From Opitutaceae bacterium (lineage in GTDB: Bacteria; Verrucomicrobiota; Verrucomicrobiia; Opitutales; Coraliomargaritaceae): a DNA stretch of 64,000 nucleotides. The translations under genes were made by a program, and so were the position numbers. How positions within the stretch are numbered: position 1 is the stretch's first letter; every line of letters starts with the position of its first letter. Below are positions 1-9,533 of this stretch, one piece after another. The notes below the pieces were generated by a model. That model saw only the letters and a program-made list of their open reading frames with translations, had not been told where the DNA came from and searched no databases. The stretch covers positions 160,001 to 224,000 of the forward strand of contig JBPOFY010000001.1 in the NCBI GenBank assembly GCA_051252375.1, given 5' to 3'.

Positions 1-55
1 CCGTAGTCCCGATTCCGTTCAAATACAAGAGCGTAGAATCGAACAATCGCCCAAT

Positions 56-89
56 AAAAAGTCCCCCAGGGCGAACCCTGGAGGACTTT
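56..89 (-). terminator. Intrinsic terminator after the giant protease gene
   Basis: Inverted repeat aaagtcc-c-ccaggg/cgaa/ccctgg-a-ggacttt with an A-tract at 56-60 (U-tract on the minus strand), about 20 nt past the stop at 111. Confidence 0.8.
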
Positions 90-110
90 GAAAAACAACG
101 TCCAGAACGC

Positions 111-3100
111 TTATTTAGGTTCCGGCTCTTCAACCTGCAACCTGAAGAAGCATTTATCCCAAACACTCATCGGCTGTGTGCAGCGATAAATCACGCGCTC
201 TACCTGAGCATTGATCGTGATCGTCTCGACAAGGATAGCTTCAGCACCATTGAAATCCAAGTCCTCGGCTTCCTCTACCGTAAACTCGTAACCGAGCGCC
301 ACAGCCTCACGCGAACGGAGATATTCGAAATGGAAGTAGTCTTGACCTTCGAAGTCTTTGATCGATTTGCCAATGATGACGTAATCCCACTTAGACGCAT
401 CCAAAATGAGCGCAAATTCAGCCCAGTTAGGATAACGGTCACCATCAGTATTTTCATATGGATTCTCCAATAGATTGATTGGTAAGTCTTCAGGTGCGGC
501 GAAACTCCAGTCACCATTCAGATAGTCGTCAATTATAGCCTGATCTCCCGCGTTACTGACATCATTTTTGTCATCCCAATACAAAGAATAAGGGTGCGTG
601 CGGTTATCAAAGAAGACACGGATGAAATAGATGCCTGGCTCGTCAATAGCAAAGGTATCAAACTCATGACGGAGATCCGTCCAGTCCGCTAAGACATGTT
701 CAGGCTTATCAACTGTATATCTAGTAAATTCTGGAGTCTTATTTGCCAGACGGCGGACAAGTACAGGTTTACGTAAATCTCTGGTTTCCGGATCATTATC
801 ATTACCTGCGAGGAAATAGACTTCGATATCCATATCTAGATTATCAGGAGTAAAGCGGTAATCCGGATTATCATCGGAGAAGAAATCACAATGAACCTCC
901 AGTTCAGTGCTATCTTCTGACACAACAATCGTAAACCAGTCATCCGTGGTCTGAGAGCCATAACCCCGCGGCGCAGTAAACCCACCATCCGCAGCATTAA
1001 CCACTCCGTCACCGTTCACGTCGACAAGGTATTCAATCTGATGCAACCAAGTCTGCTCTGTCGATACCCCATCTACATTCGTGAGGTCATAAGCCAGATC
1101 GACGAAGTTATTCGTATCATCCTCTTCGTAAGCATCCTCGGCAACTTGCTCCCACTTCAAGGAATAGTCATTCGCATTATTATCACCGTAAACACGGATA
1201 TAATAAATCAAATCGTGCACTAGTGGATCAATTCCCGCCGCGACCGACTCGGTCCCATCCTCAAGGGTAGAACTCTCTGAACGAGCGATCGGAGTAGGCA
1301 GATTATCCGGATCAAACGCGAACGGATCAATCGAATAGCCGTCATAGACTTCCAAATTGATATCTCCATCTGCATGGTCGAATTCTATATCTACCAGAAG
1401 TCGGGTGAAGTAGTTACGCTTCAGCGCTTGGAACGTGTTATTATTTTCTTCCTGCTGAACCTGCTTCAACTCCCATGAAGGAATCTTCAGCTGATACCAA
1501 TCATCTCCCTCCTGAGTCGCATGACCAAATGGATCGAAGATCGGATTTGTAACCCACAGCGGCAAACTACCAATCAAAGCGTAATCGAAACCTAGTTCTG
1601 TAATCGGGTTGATATATGTCGAAGCTGGTCTTGGCGTGGGAATGTAAACAGGCTCAAGTCGTTGACGTGTCAAATCTGCCGCACCTGCTGGCGTGTCGTT
1701 TTGACCAACAAGGATCTCCGGATTTTCAGGATCTGGTGGAAACATAAACACGTCGTATTCGTCGACATTATTAAAAGACCAGCTGAAGAAATACGATGAA
1801 CCGGAATTATCTCCCGTCACAAGAAGATAGTAGGTCTTAGGCTCAGGTGAAATCACGGCAGTCTGGAAATACCCGGCAGGCAATTCCGCGCCATTTTCAT
1901 CGGTGACGGTGAAACCCAAATCTTCCCCATTGTTAATCGAAAGAACGCTAGGGAACAAGTGCACTTGATCCGCCGGCACATCCATTCGGTAGTAATCTGT
2001 ATCCCTCTGGATGCCAAAGAGCAATGCTCCGTTAGTTGATGTCAGCAGAGTTATATCTGCATTATCATCCGCCTCAGCGAGGGTGTCATTTTCCTCCCAC
2101 TCATCGTCAAGGAAGGCACGAACCGTCAAACCGTAAGGAGTGCCGAGGTCTTCACCGATCACCTGAATGTAATAGGTTTCCGCGATAGGAGACACATACT
2201 CAACCGTTTCGTTATCAATCAAATTCAAAGACTCACCAATCAGAGCCAACTCAAGATCTGCTTCGGTTAACTCGCCGTCTGCCAATCTTTGCGAATCGAG
2301 GGCTGAGGCTTTATATACTCTCAAGCCCAAATCTCCCTGAATATGCTCAAATCCGATGCGCACAAACAATGCATGCGGCTCGCCGCCACCAGCATCGACC
2401 GTATACTCATACCAGTCGTCATCGAACTGCACCAATCCAAACGTATTGTATTCTGGGCGATATTCGACTTCGAGATCATCTGGATCTCCCAGTTCACCAT
2501 TTGGACCCGGGAAAGTAAATGTCCTGAGATTATCGTCCACGATGCCGTCATCATCTGCGACACCGTATTGATCGACGAGAAGTATGTCTACCGTTAGAGG
2601 ATCCCCATCATCACCTGCAAAGGTGCGATGATAGATGTCATCGTTGTATTCAACATCCTCGGTGTCTGGAGTTTCAACATCATAAATGTCTTCGATGGTA
2701 CTGTTCCAGCGCATCGAGTAAGTATTACCCATACCACGCGCAATCGGCACGGAGAACGTATAATAGCTCGACTCATCAGGGTCAGTTGTATCAACGAACT
2801 GGTTATGAGGCGCTTCATGTAGATTTTCAGCATAAGGATCGAAATCACCGGGCATCCAACCGGAAATGTCCTTCGGAGGAAGAATTCCATAGCCATAAAC
2901 GCACACCTTATAATTCCCTGGGGGTAAGTCTCTAATCGTGAGACGCTCACCATCATCTGTAGACTCTATTTGACTAGTAGGACTGAAAACACCTCCTTCA
3001 CCGTAGACGTCAACATCAACGCCGCCGCTATCAAAAATCAGGCTACCGGATACGTCGTAAACCGCCACATCAATATCTCCTTGGGCATGTTCGAACTTCA

Positions 3101-6100
3101 AGTCCACGATGAAAATATCCTCACCTGAAGCGACTTGGACCTCATACCAATCTTCATCGATCTGCGTCATTCCAGAGAGCAAGGCGAGCTCTAGGGAGAA
3201 ACCATCATTACCAAACAGATTAAAATTCCGAATGTCGCCAACTAGATCACGAGGTAGCCCCTCTCCGTCGTTATCCCTGTTCGGATTAATAGCGGCAATT
3301 TCAAGGATATCCTCTTTGTAGCTATTCCACATGATATCATATGGATTACCCGAGAGGTCATTAAATACTCTTAGATAATAGTCACCAGCTCCACCAGTAT
3401 GATGGATCCGTTCGACATCGCCAAATCCGTTAGAACGAGCGACTAGAGTCTCGGAAGCATTAAAGAGTTCGATATCAATATTCCGGCCATCATCTTGGTC
3501 AAATGTGACCTCAATGATCACTCCATCATCACCTTCGTTAATCGTGACTCGATACCAATCCTCATCTTCTGAGGTGGCATATCCACTCGTTTCAGAGATT
3601 CGGAAACCTTCACTGCCAATGATCCCATCTGTTGCACGATCATAGGTATTGTTACCCTCATCGCCTTCATAGATGTCTTCAGTGGTCGCTGCCCAATATA
3701 GGAGATAATCCGTTCCTGCATCTGAGCCACTGACCTTGACGTAGTATGTATCACCCTCCTCAGCACCAAATGGATTAGGACCATAGATAATGACTTCGTT
3801 ATCTGTATCCGTATTCGCATAGGCCAACTCTTCACCCAGTGCATCGTAAAGTGTTAACTCGAGATTTCCATCTTCATGGGCAAATCGAAGGTCTACACGA
3901 AGGCTCACTTCACCTGGGAAAACCACGACTTCATACCAATCGTCATCGAACTGAACCGCTCTCAAGTATTCGTCTTCATTTCCGGTAATATCAGCGGCCT
4001 CTGCTAGGGTATCATTCTCCTCATATTCATCATCTGGGGCGACGAGCCAATCGAGCGTATAGTTCTCATTGATGCCGTCACCAAAGACTCGGACATAATA
4101 ATCACCCGGAGTTGCGAAAAGCACGACTGATTCGATATCTTCATCAACATCATCCGAGACTTCCAGCGATGTGATGACACCATTATCATCATAGTAAACT
4201 TCAATGCCGATATTGCCCTCGTCATCGTCAAATCGCGCAACGACAGACAGGAATGAATTCGTCGCATCGCTTGAGAATGTAAACCAGTCATCATCAAACT
4301 GAGTCGCAGAAATCGACGGCAGCAATTGGATGTCAGCAGCCATGTCGGAAGTATCATTCTCTTCATAGTCATCATCTTGAAGGATGAGCCATGTAAGGTC
4401 GTAGATATTGTAAACATCATCACCAAAGACCTTCACATAATTTGTGCCAGCTTGAACTGGGACAAAGAGTGTCTCCGAATCCTCAGTCGAATTTGCGGTG
4501 TATTCGTTGGCCAATGTATCAATGATAGTGAAATCGATCGCACCATTTTGATCTACATAGTCCAACGTGACACGAAGCCATGGGTAATTACCCGTGACAG
4601 GAATTGCGAACCAGTCATCGTCGCCTTGCGTCGCATAATCGGTTTCAGAGAGCTTCTGAGTAGCGAGTAACGATGTGTCATACGCCGTCTCCAATGTGTC
4701 GTTCTCTTCATAAATATCGATAATACGAGCGACCCAGTACAAGTCGTAATCATTACCTACATTCGGGCCATAGACGCGAATGTAGTAAGTGCCGGCGGTC
4801 AAAGTTGAATCAAGCAAGAGGATTTCATCGTCCACGATACCATCACGCGTAAAGATCGGATATCCCAAGGAGTCATAGATCTCGAAATCAATATCACCAT
4901 CAACGTGGGTGAACAAACACTCGACGTATAAGCCGAGGTTATCCTCAGGGACGTCGATCTCAAACCAGTCGTCGTCCTTCTGCGTGCCTAGACCTAGGTA
5001 ATTCGAAAGGCGTGGCTCAAAGCGAGACAGCACTTCAGACTCCGAGCGTAGATCATTTTCTTCATATTCATCGTCACCAACTGTCAGGTCGAATACTTCA
5101 TCAGCATTTAAAGCTGACCATGATAAGTCATACTCGTTGCCAGCGTCACCGTAATGCAGGCGTATGAAATAATCTCCCTCAACAGGATTTGAATAAATGA
5201 TGGACTCATTATCAGTGGAGGAAATTGCGCGAGCGACTAAGTAACCAGCCGTATTGTAAACATCCACATCGATATCACCATCGGCATGGGTGAAGGTAGC
5301 ATTGATACGCAATTGCGCAGTATCGGAACGAGTCGTCACCTTATACCAGTCCTCATCGGCTTGAACGCCTAGGCCATCCAGCTTACGAAGCAGTTGGCGT
5401 TCATAACTGGAAAGATCAAACGGCTCGCCGACATTATCATTCTCTTCGTAGTTATCTTCGGCAGGAGTAATATCCCAGAACAAGTTGTAAATATTACCTT
5501 TACCGTGATTGATCGGCTGCACCTCATCACCAGTCGCCGCGATCTTGTAAGTCCCTGGGATAGGATCCTCCCAAACAACTCTCCGAACATTGCCATCACC
5601 CGCGGCTTCAAAGCTTATCTCCAAATTAGACTCATTGAGGGGAACGCCTGCCGATGTCGCTAATGTGAGATTGATGTTACCGTCACCCGCGTCGAACCCA
5701 AGTGCTACTTCAAGCTTAGTCGCACCGACTGGCACTACGATTTGATACCAATCAGGATCAGTCATCGTGGCATACCCATCAATTGCAGTCAGCCAGAAGC
5801 CTTCGTTGCCACTGATATCATATACTTGGTTAGACGCATCGTTATCTTCATACGCGTCCTCAAACGGCTCTTCAACAAACGGAGGCTCGCTGGAGTATGT
5901 CACTTTGAAATCATAGCCACTCAAACCGCTGATATCGGATTGAGCATCCACCTTAATGTAATATGTGAATCCAGTCGGCACATCCAATGTAAGCGTATTA
6001 CTGAAGGTGAAGTCAGTGGAACTTAAGAGCAAATTACCGTTACCGTCATAGAGGAAAACATTCATGAACCCGCCATCGAAGCTTTCATACTCGAGGATGA

Positions 6101-9100
6101 CCTGCTCGAGGATGACCGAATTATCGATGGTGAACTTATACCAATCTTCGTCTCCACTATTTACGAAATTCTGTGCGGTCGCATTGTTGGCATAGGCGGA
6201 ACTCGTGCCAATACCATCCACTTCAGACAACCATTTATCAACAATTGTCTGCCCTAAATCAAAAGCATCATCAATATCATCATTTTCAATGTCCTCGTCG
6301 TTTTCATCGATTCCCACGACTTCATACTTGTCGTCACGCAGCCCCTCGAAGATCAAATCATACGAATTGCCGGCATAATCACCATAGACGCGGATATAGT
6401 AAGTGCCCGGCGGAACACCCATGATCGAGACATTCCCTGTAGGTGTAAAGTTATCGGTATAATCTGCTGTTGCGACACTACGATGGTAGGTGAGGACTTC
6501 ATAGTCATTCTCGGTCGCAGAAGTGTCTGGGAAGAACTGACTAAACGTACTACCATCGTATAGCTGAATATTGATATCACCCTCGGCATGAGTGAACAGC
6601 GCTTTAACATAGAACATCCGGATAAACGGATCACTTGGAATATCGATTCGATACCAGTCTTCGTCATCTAGGATACCGAGGCCCAAAATTCCCGACAAAC
6701 TAGTCGCAGTAGCACCCGACAAATCGAATGCTTGGTCCTGAGTGTCATTCTCTTCGTAGAAGTCATCGTCACCAATTTCCAAGATGCTCGCATTCCACTT
6801 TAGATCGTATGCGTTGCGCACAGTCGCAAGGTCGGTGGTCTTGGCAACAATATAAAATTTGCGAAGTAGACCGGAGTAACTAGATGGCAAAATATACCGA
6901 ATTGTTCCGTTCCCTGCAGTGCTGCTAACCAATGGCTCAGAGCTGCTATTAGCAGTACCATTGTATAATTCGAAGGTAATATCTCCTGCTGTGGCATCAT
7001 AATCGATGTCGATAGTGATTAGTAACGCGCCAGACTCGGTTGGTGTAAACGTATAGGCGTCGAACTGATCATCCATGAAGAAGGCAACGCCCTTATAATC
7101 AGAGAGCCAGACGTCTTCTTGTGCATTCAAATTTGCCGCTGCGCCAATAGTGTCATTTTCTTCATAGTTATCTTTTGTCGCAGAGATTGTTGACGTGCCG
7201 CCAATGGCAAATTGAAACACTTCCGGGCCGTCATCTGTATCGTATGTGATCAGGACTGTATCCAAATCGACACCTGTGGTAGTCGGATTATATGCAATTG
7301 TAAGATACTGACTTTGCTCACCAGGCAGTAGCGCTGGAGGCGCTGAAACAATGCTGAAAGGTCCACCAACCGCTAGGCTGATTGATAAATTCGTGATATC
7401 AGAGGGCTCAATATTAGTCAGTAAGAATGTGCGCTGCACTGCAGGAGCTGCAACATAAGTAAAGCCGAAGTCTGTGTCGTTCTCGGTTTGGATATTGGTG
7501 TCGAGCGAAACGACAGCAACGTCGAGTTTATCGCCACCAAAAATCGCCAATGGAGGCACCGGCAATTGCCCGACGATTGAATATTGCCCCAAGCTGGCAT
7601 AGTCCGAGAAACCAACAGTAGCATCGGTTCCGCGACCAGTGCCTTCTACGGAGACAAAGTATACACCGGCCTCTAGGTAAGCTTCGACAACCGATTCTAA
7701 ATCTTCTGACCCATCTGGCTCTCCAGTAGCAATCAAGAGACCTGTTGCATCATACAGTTTGATGGTTGCTGCAAGATTCGCCCCTGCTGTCTCTGATCCT
7801 GATTGAGAGTCGGGCGACATCACGTCGATCGGCACTGCAGAGAATGAAACATCGCCCTGTTCGGTCGAGAAGCGAAAGAAGTCGATGTCTGCTTGGCGTG
7901 AAATAAGACCATCAACACCAACCTGATCGGGGCCAGTAATCGCCATTGTGCCAACATTATTGTCATCGAAGGCATTCGCGTAATCGTCGTTCTTAAAACC
8001 AAAGCCGTTGCTTGTATTACCGATGATGGCGACGTCATCTTCCGAATTATTTGCATTGGTGTATTCACCACGGCTCCATTGAGTGACTGCATCATCGATA
8101 CCACCGGAAAAGCCTGCGCCCATGATTGGCGACCAGCCTGGTGTATAACCCGCGGTATGACCTGGATAATATTCCACATTTTGCGTGGTGCCATCGTGCC
8201 GAAGTCCAAAGGCGTGCCCCCCCTCGTGAGAAATTGTGTCCGCACAAGTGTATTCAGTCGGATTGAATGTCCAGACAACTGGTGAATCTGTGCGGAATGA
8301 GTTAAGGTATGCAACACCACCGGCACCAGGAGCTGCTGTCGTAGTCGGCGTGATCACACACATCATGCGCTTATCGCTCTCTGCAGCATCATAAACAGCA
8401 CGGTCAGTCGTCACATTTATATCAAAAGGTGCAAAGTCTTCAACGACACGACGCCAGACTCTCGTCACAAAGGCATTATCGTCAGCGCGAACGTGTGGCG
8501 CAGCATCAATTCTAGCACCACCCAACCAAGGTGTGCCTTCCACGACTTCACCGTCGAAGTCTAAATAGTACACAAACTCGGAATTTGGATTATTCTCCAA
8601 GGCTACTGTGTAAATAGGACCCGATGGAGCAGATCCACTTTCTGTTTCTGAAGTCATTACAATGGCATCGGCACCAGGGGCACGTATTCCAGTTACAGTG
8701 TAAATAGTGCCCTTCTGCGCACAAAAGATATCACTGACTTCAGTCGCTTGAACCAATAACTGCGGTTCACTCGCATCGACTAAATAGTCGCTTGCAATGA
8801 ATGCACGAGACTCATCGAAAAAGAGCACGTGTGCAGTGATTTTATCATGTGCATTCGTGGTGACGACCAAACGGCCTAAATCATCATCGAGAGCCAGCGC
8901 GTAACTATGTGCAACCGGATGCTCCTCCTTGAGCATCGTTACCGTGCCCGAATAGACTTTTCCTCCGAGAGTAAAACTACCTCGTGCGCCGACATGGCTC
9001 CCTTTAAGGAAATCAAAAGTGCTGCGAGGAGTGACTTGCTTCTGCAGCTTTGCGAAATCCTTGAAGATATAATCTAAGCTAGGATTCGTCGAAAGGAATG

Positions 9101-9377
9101 GTTCGCTTGCTGTCGTTGGTTCTTCCGCTGCGAGGCAGTGCGCACAATCCGTGGCATGTGCCTCATCGACTACTTCATCTTGGGCAATATTGTCCGTTTC
9201 AGACAACGAAGCCACTTCAGTGGTTACTGGAGTGGCAACTGCATCGGAGCTAGCGATCTCCGAGGGAGTTGCGCCGCCCTTATCGTCTGATGGACCAAGA
9301 ATGACAAATGCTCCAATAAGAAGCACGACAATGAAAGTTAGCGATAGCGCGCGTTTGTTAAACTTAGAATCGGACAT
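111..9377 (-). CDS. Giant (3088 aa) acidic surface/secreted zinc metalloprotease (metzincin, M12/reprolysin-like) with an Ig-like domain, about 15 PPC-like repeats and a C-terminal module
   Basis: N-terminal hydrophobic stretch ALSLTFIVVLLIGAFVILG; HEGGHAFGLRH zinc motif (8196-8228) with Met-turn SPIMG; repeated DxYEENDx..DxDWY..FxHxxGDID..GxYYIRVYG..NxYxLxW units; very Asp/Glu rich. Confidence 0.85.
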   Translation of the reverse strand: MSDSKFNKRALSLTFIVVLLIGAFVILGPSDDKGGATPSEIASSDAVATPVTTEVASLSETDNIAQDEVVDEAHATDCAHCLAAEEPTTASEPFLSTNPSLDYIFKDFAKLQKQVTPRSTFDFLKGSHVGARGSFTLGGKVYSGTVTMLKEEHPVAHSYALALDDDLGRLVVTTNAHDKITAHVLFFDESRAFIASDYLVDASEPQLLVQATEVSDIFCAQKGTIYTVTGIRAPGADAIVMTSETESGSAPSGPIYTVALENNPNSEFVYYLDFDGEVVEGTPWLGGARIDAAPHVRADDNAFVTRVWRRVVEDFAPFDINVTTDRAVYDAAESDKRMMCVITPTTTAAPGAGGVAYLNSFRTDSPVVWTFNPTEYTCADTISHEGGHAFGLRHDGTTQNVEYYPGHTAGYTPGWSPIMGAGFSGGIDDAVTQWSRGEYTNANNSEDDVAIIGNTSNGFGFKNDDYANAFDDNNVGTMAITGPDQVGVDGLISRQADIDFFRFSTEQGDVSFSAVPIDVMSPDSQSGSETAGANLAATIKLYDATGLLIATGEPDGSEDLESVVEAYLEAGVYFVSVEGTGRGTDATVGFSDYASLGQYSIVGQLPVPPLAIFGGDKLDVAVVSLDTNIQTENDTDFGFTYVAAPAVQRTFLLTNIEPSDITNLSISLAVGGPFSIVSAPPALLPGEQSQYLTIAYNPTTTGVDLDTVLITYDTDDGPEVFQFAIGGTSTISATKDNYEENDTIGAAANLNAQEDVWLSDYKGVAFFMDDQFDAYTFTPTESGALLITIDIDYDATAGDITFELYNGTANSSSEPLVSSTAGNGTIRYILPSSYSGLLRKFYIVAKTTDLATVRNAYDLKWNASILEIGDDDFYEENDTQDQAFDLSGATATSLSGILGLGILDDEDWYRIDIPSDPFIRMFYVKALFTHAEGDINIQLYDGSTFSQFFPDTSATENDYEVLTYHRSVATADYTDNFTPTGNVSIMGVPPGTYYIRVYGDYAGNSYDLIFEGLRDDKYEVVGIDENDEDIENDDIDDAFDLGQTIVDKWLSEVDGIGTSSAYANNATAQNFVNSGDEDWYKFTIDNSVILEQVILEYESFDGGFMNVFLYDGNGNLLLSSTDFTFSNTLTLDVPTGFTYYIKVDAQSDISGLSGYDFKVTYSSEPPFVEEPFEDAYEDNDASNQVYDISGNEGFWLTAIDGYATMTDPDWYQIVVPVGATKLEVALGFDAGDGNINLTLATSAGVPLNESNLEISFEAAGDGNVRRVVWEDPIPGTYKIAATGDEVQPINHGKGNIYNLFWDITPAEDNYEENDNVGEPFDLSSYERQLLRKLDGLGVQADEDWYKVTTRSDTAQLRINATFTHADGDIDVDVYNTAGYLVARAISSTDNESIIYSNPVEGDYFIRLHYGDAGNEYDLSWSALNADEVFDLTVGDDEYEENDLRSESEVLSRFEPRLSNYLGLGTQKDDDWFEIDVPEDNLGLYVECLFTHVDGDIDFEIYDSLGYPIFTRDGIVDDEILLLDSTLTAGTYYIRVYGPNVGNDYDLYWVARIIDIYEENDTLETAYDTSLLATQKLSETDYATQGDDDWFAIPVTGNYPWLRVTLDYVDQNGAIDFTIIDTLANEYTANSTEDSETLFVPVQAGTNYVKVFGDDVYNIYDLTWLILQDDDYEENDTSDMAADIQLLPSISATQFDDDWFTFSSDATNSFLSVVARFDDDEGNIGIEVYYDDNGVITSLEVSDDVDEDIESVVLFATPGDYYVRVFGDGINENYTLDWLVAPDDEYEENDTLAEAADITGNEDEYLRAVQFDDDWYEVVVFPGEVSLRVDLRFAHEDGNLELTLYDALGEELAYANTDTDNEVIIYGPNPFGAEEGDTYYVKVSGSDAGTDYLLYWAATTEDIYEGDEGNNTYDRATDGIIGSEGFRISETSGYATSEDEDWYRVTINEGDDGVIIEVTFDQDDGRNIDIELFNASETLVARSNGFGDVERIHHTGGAGDYYLRVFNDLSGNPYDIMWNSYKEDILEIAAINPNRDNDGEGLPRDLVGDIRNFNLFGNDGFSLELALLSGMTQIDEDWYEVQVASGEDIFIVDLKFEHAQGDIDVAVYDVSGSLIFDSGGVDVDVYGEGGVFSPTSQIESTDDGERLTIRDLPPGNYKVCVYGYGILPPKDISGWMPGDFDPYAENLHEAPHNQFVDTTDPDESSYYTFSVPIARGMGNTYSMRWNSTIEDIYDVETPDTEDVEYNDDIYHRTFAGDDGDPLTVDILLVDQYGVADDDGIVDDNLRTFTFPGPNGELGDPDDLEVEYRPEYNTFGLVQFDDDWYEYTVDAGGGEPHALFVRIGFEHIQGDLGLRVYKASALDSQRLADGELTEADLELALIGESLNLIDNETVEYVSPIAETYYIQVIGEDLGTPYGLTVRAFLDDEWEENDTLAEADDNADITLLTSTNGALLFGIQRDTDYYRMDVPADQVHLFPSVLSINNGEDLGFTVTDENGAELPAGYFQTAVISPEPKTYYLLVTGDNSGSSYFFSWSFNNVDEYDVFMFPPDPENPEILVGQNDTPAGAADLTRQRLEPVYIPTPRPASTYINPITELGFDYALIGSLPLWVTNPIFDPFGHATQEGDDWYQLKIPSWELKQVQQEENNNTFQALKRNYFTRLLVDIEFDHADGDINLEVYDGYSIDPFAFDPDNLPTPIARSESSTLEDGTESVAAGIDPLVHDLIYYIRVYGDNNANDYSLKWEQVAEDAYEEDDTNNFVDLAYDLTNVDGVSTEQTWLHQIEYLVDVNGDGVVNAADGGFTAPRGYGSQTTDDWFTIVVSEDSTELEVHCDFFSDDNPDYRFTPDNLDMDIEVYFLAGNDNDPETRDLRKPVLVRRLANKTPEFTRYTVDKPEHVLADWTDLRHEFDTFAIDEPGIYFIRVFFDNRTHPYSLYWDDKNDVSNAGDQAIIDDYLNGDWSFAAPEDLPINLLENPYENTDGDRYPNWAEFALILDASKWDYVIIGKSIKDFEGQDYFHFEYLRSREAVALGYEFTVEEAEDLDFNGAEAILVETITINAQVERVIYRCTQPMSVWDKCFFRLQVEEPEPK
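570..7176 (-). repeat. About 15 divergent tandem PPC-like (pre-peptidase C-terminal) protein domain repeats within the giant protease
   Basis: Counted by eye from recurring YEEND-type starts (KDNYEEND, DDFYEEND, EDAYEDND, EDNYEEND, DDEYEEND, IDIYEEND, DDDYEEND, DDEWEEND etc.) and DWY/YYIRVYG motifs; boundaries approximate. Confidence 0.75.
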
Positions 9378-9470
9378 AAGGGGTCAAAGCTATGAAACCC
9401 AGAATTTTGTGATGATTAACTGATTATGTATTAATCGCTATTAAGCATCGATGGTTTCATTATATTTTAG

Positions 9471-9506
9471 ATAAGAACAGGAAGCCGCCGAAACGGCGAC
9501 TTCCTG
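9471..9506 (-). terminator. Intrinsic terminator of the secretin/pilus operon
   Basis: Minus strand caggaagtcgccg-ttt-cggcggcttcctg (13-bp stem, one G-U) followed by ttcttat, 27 nt after the secretin stop. Confidence 0.75.
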
Positions 9507-9533
9507 CAAAGGGGGAATCATGACTGATCTGTT

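Noticed and set aside
9133..9150. CAHC in the giant protein's N-terminal region as a c-type heme site
   Set aside because: The motif is CAHCL, not CxxCH; there is no axial His after the second Cys.
275..9423. Many 60-170 aa alternative-frame ORFs inside the giant gene (and similar ones across the window)
   Set aside because: They are fully nested in long, motif-supported CDSs and have no independent coding signal.
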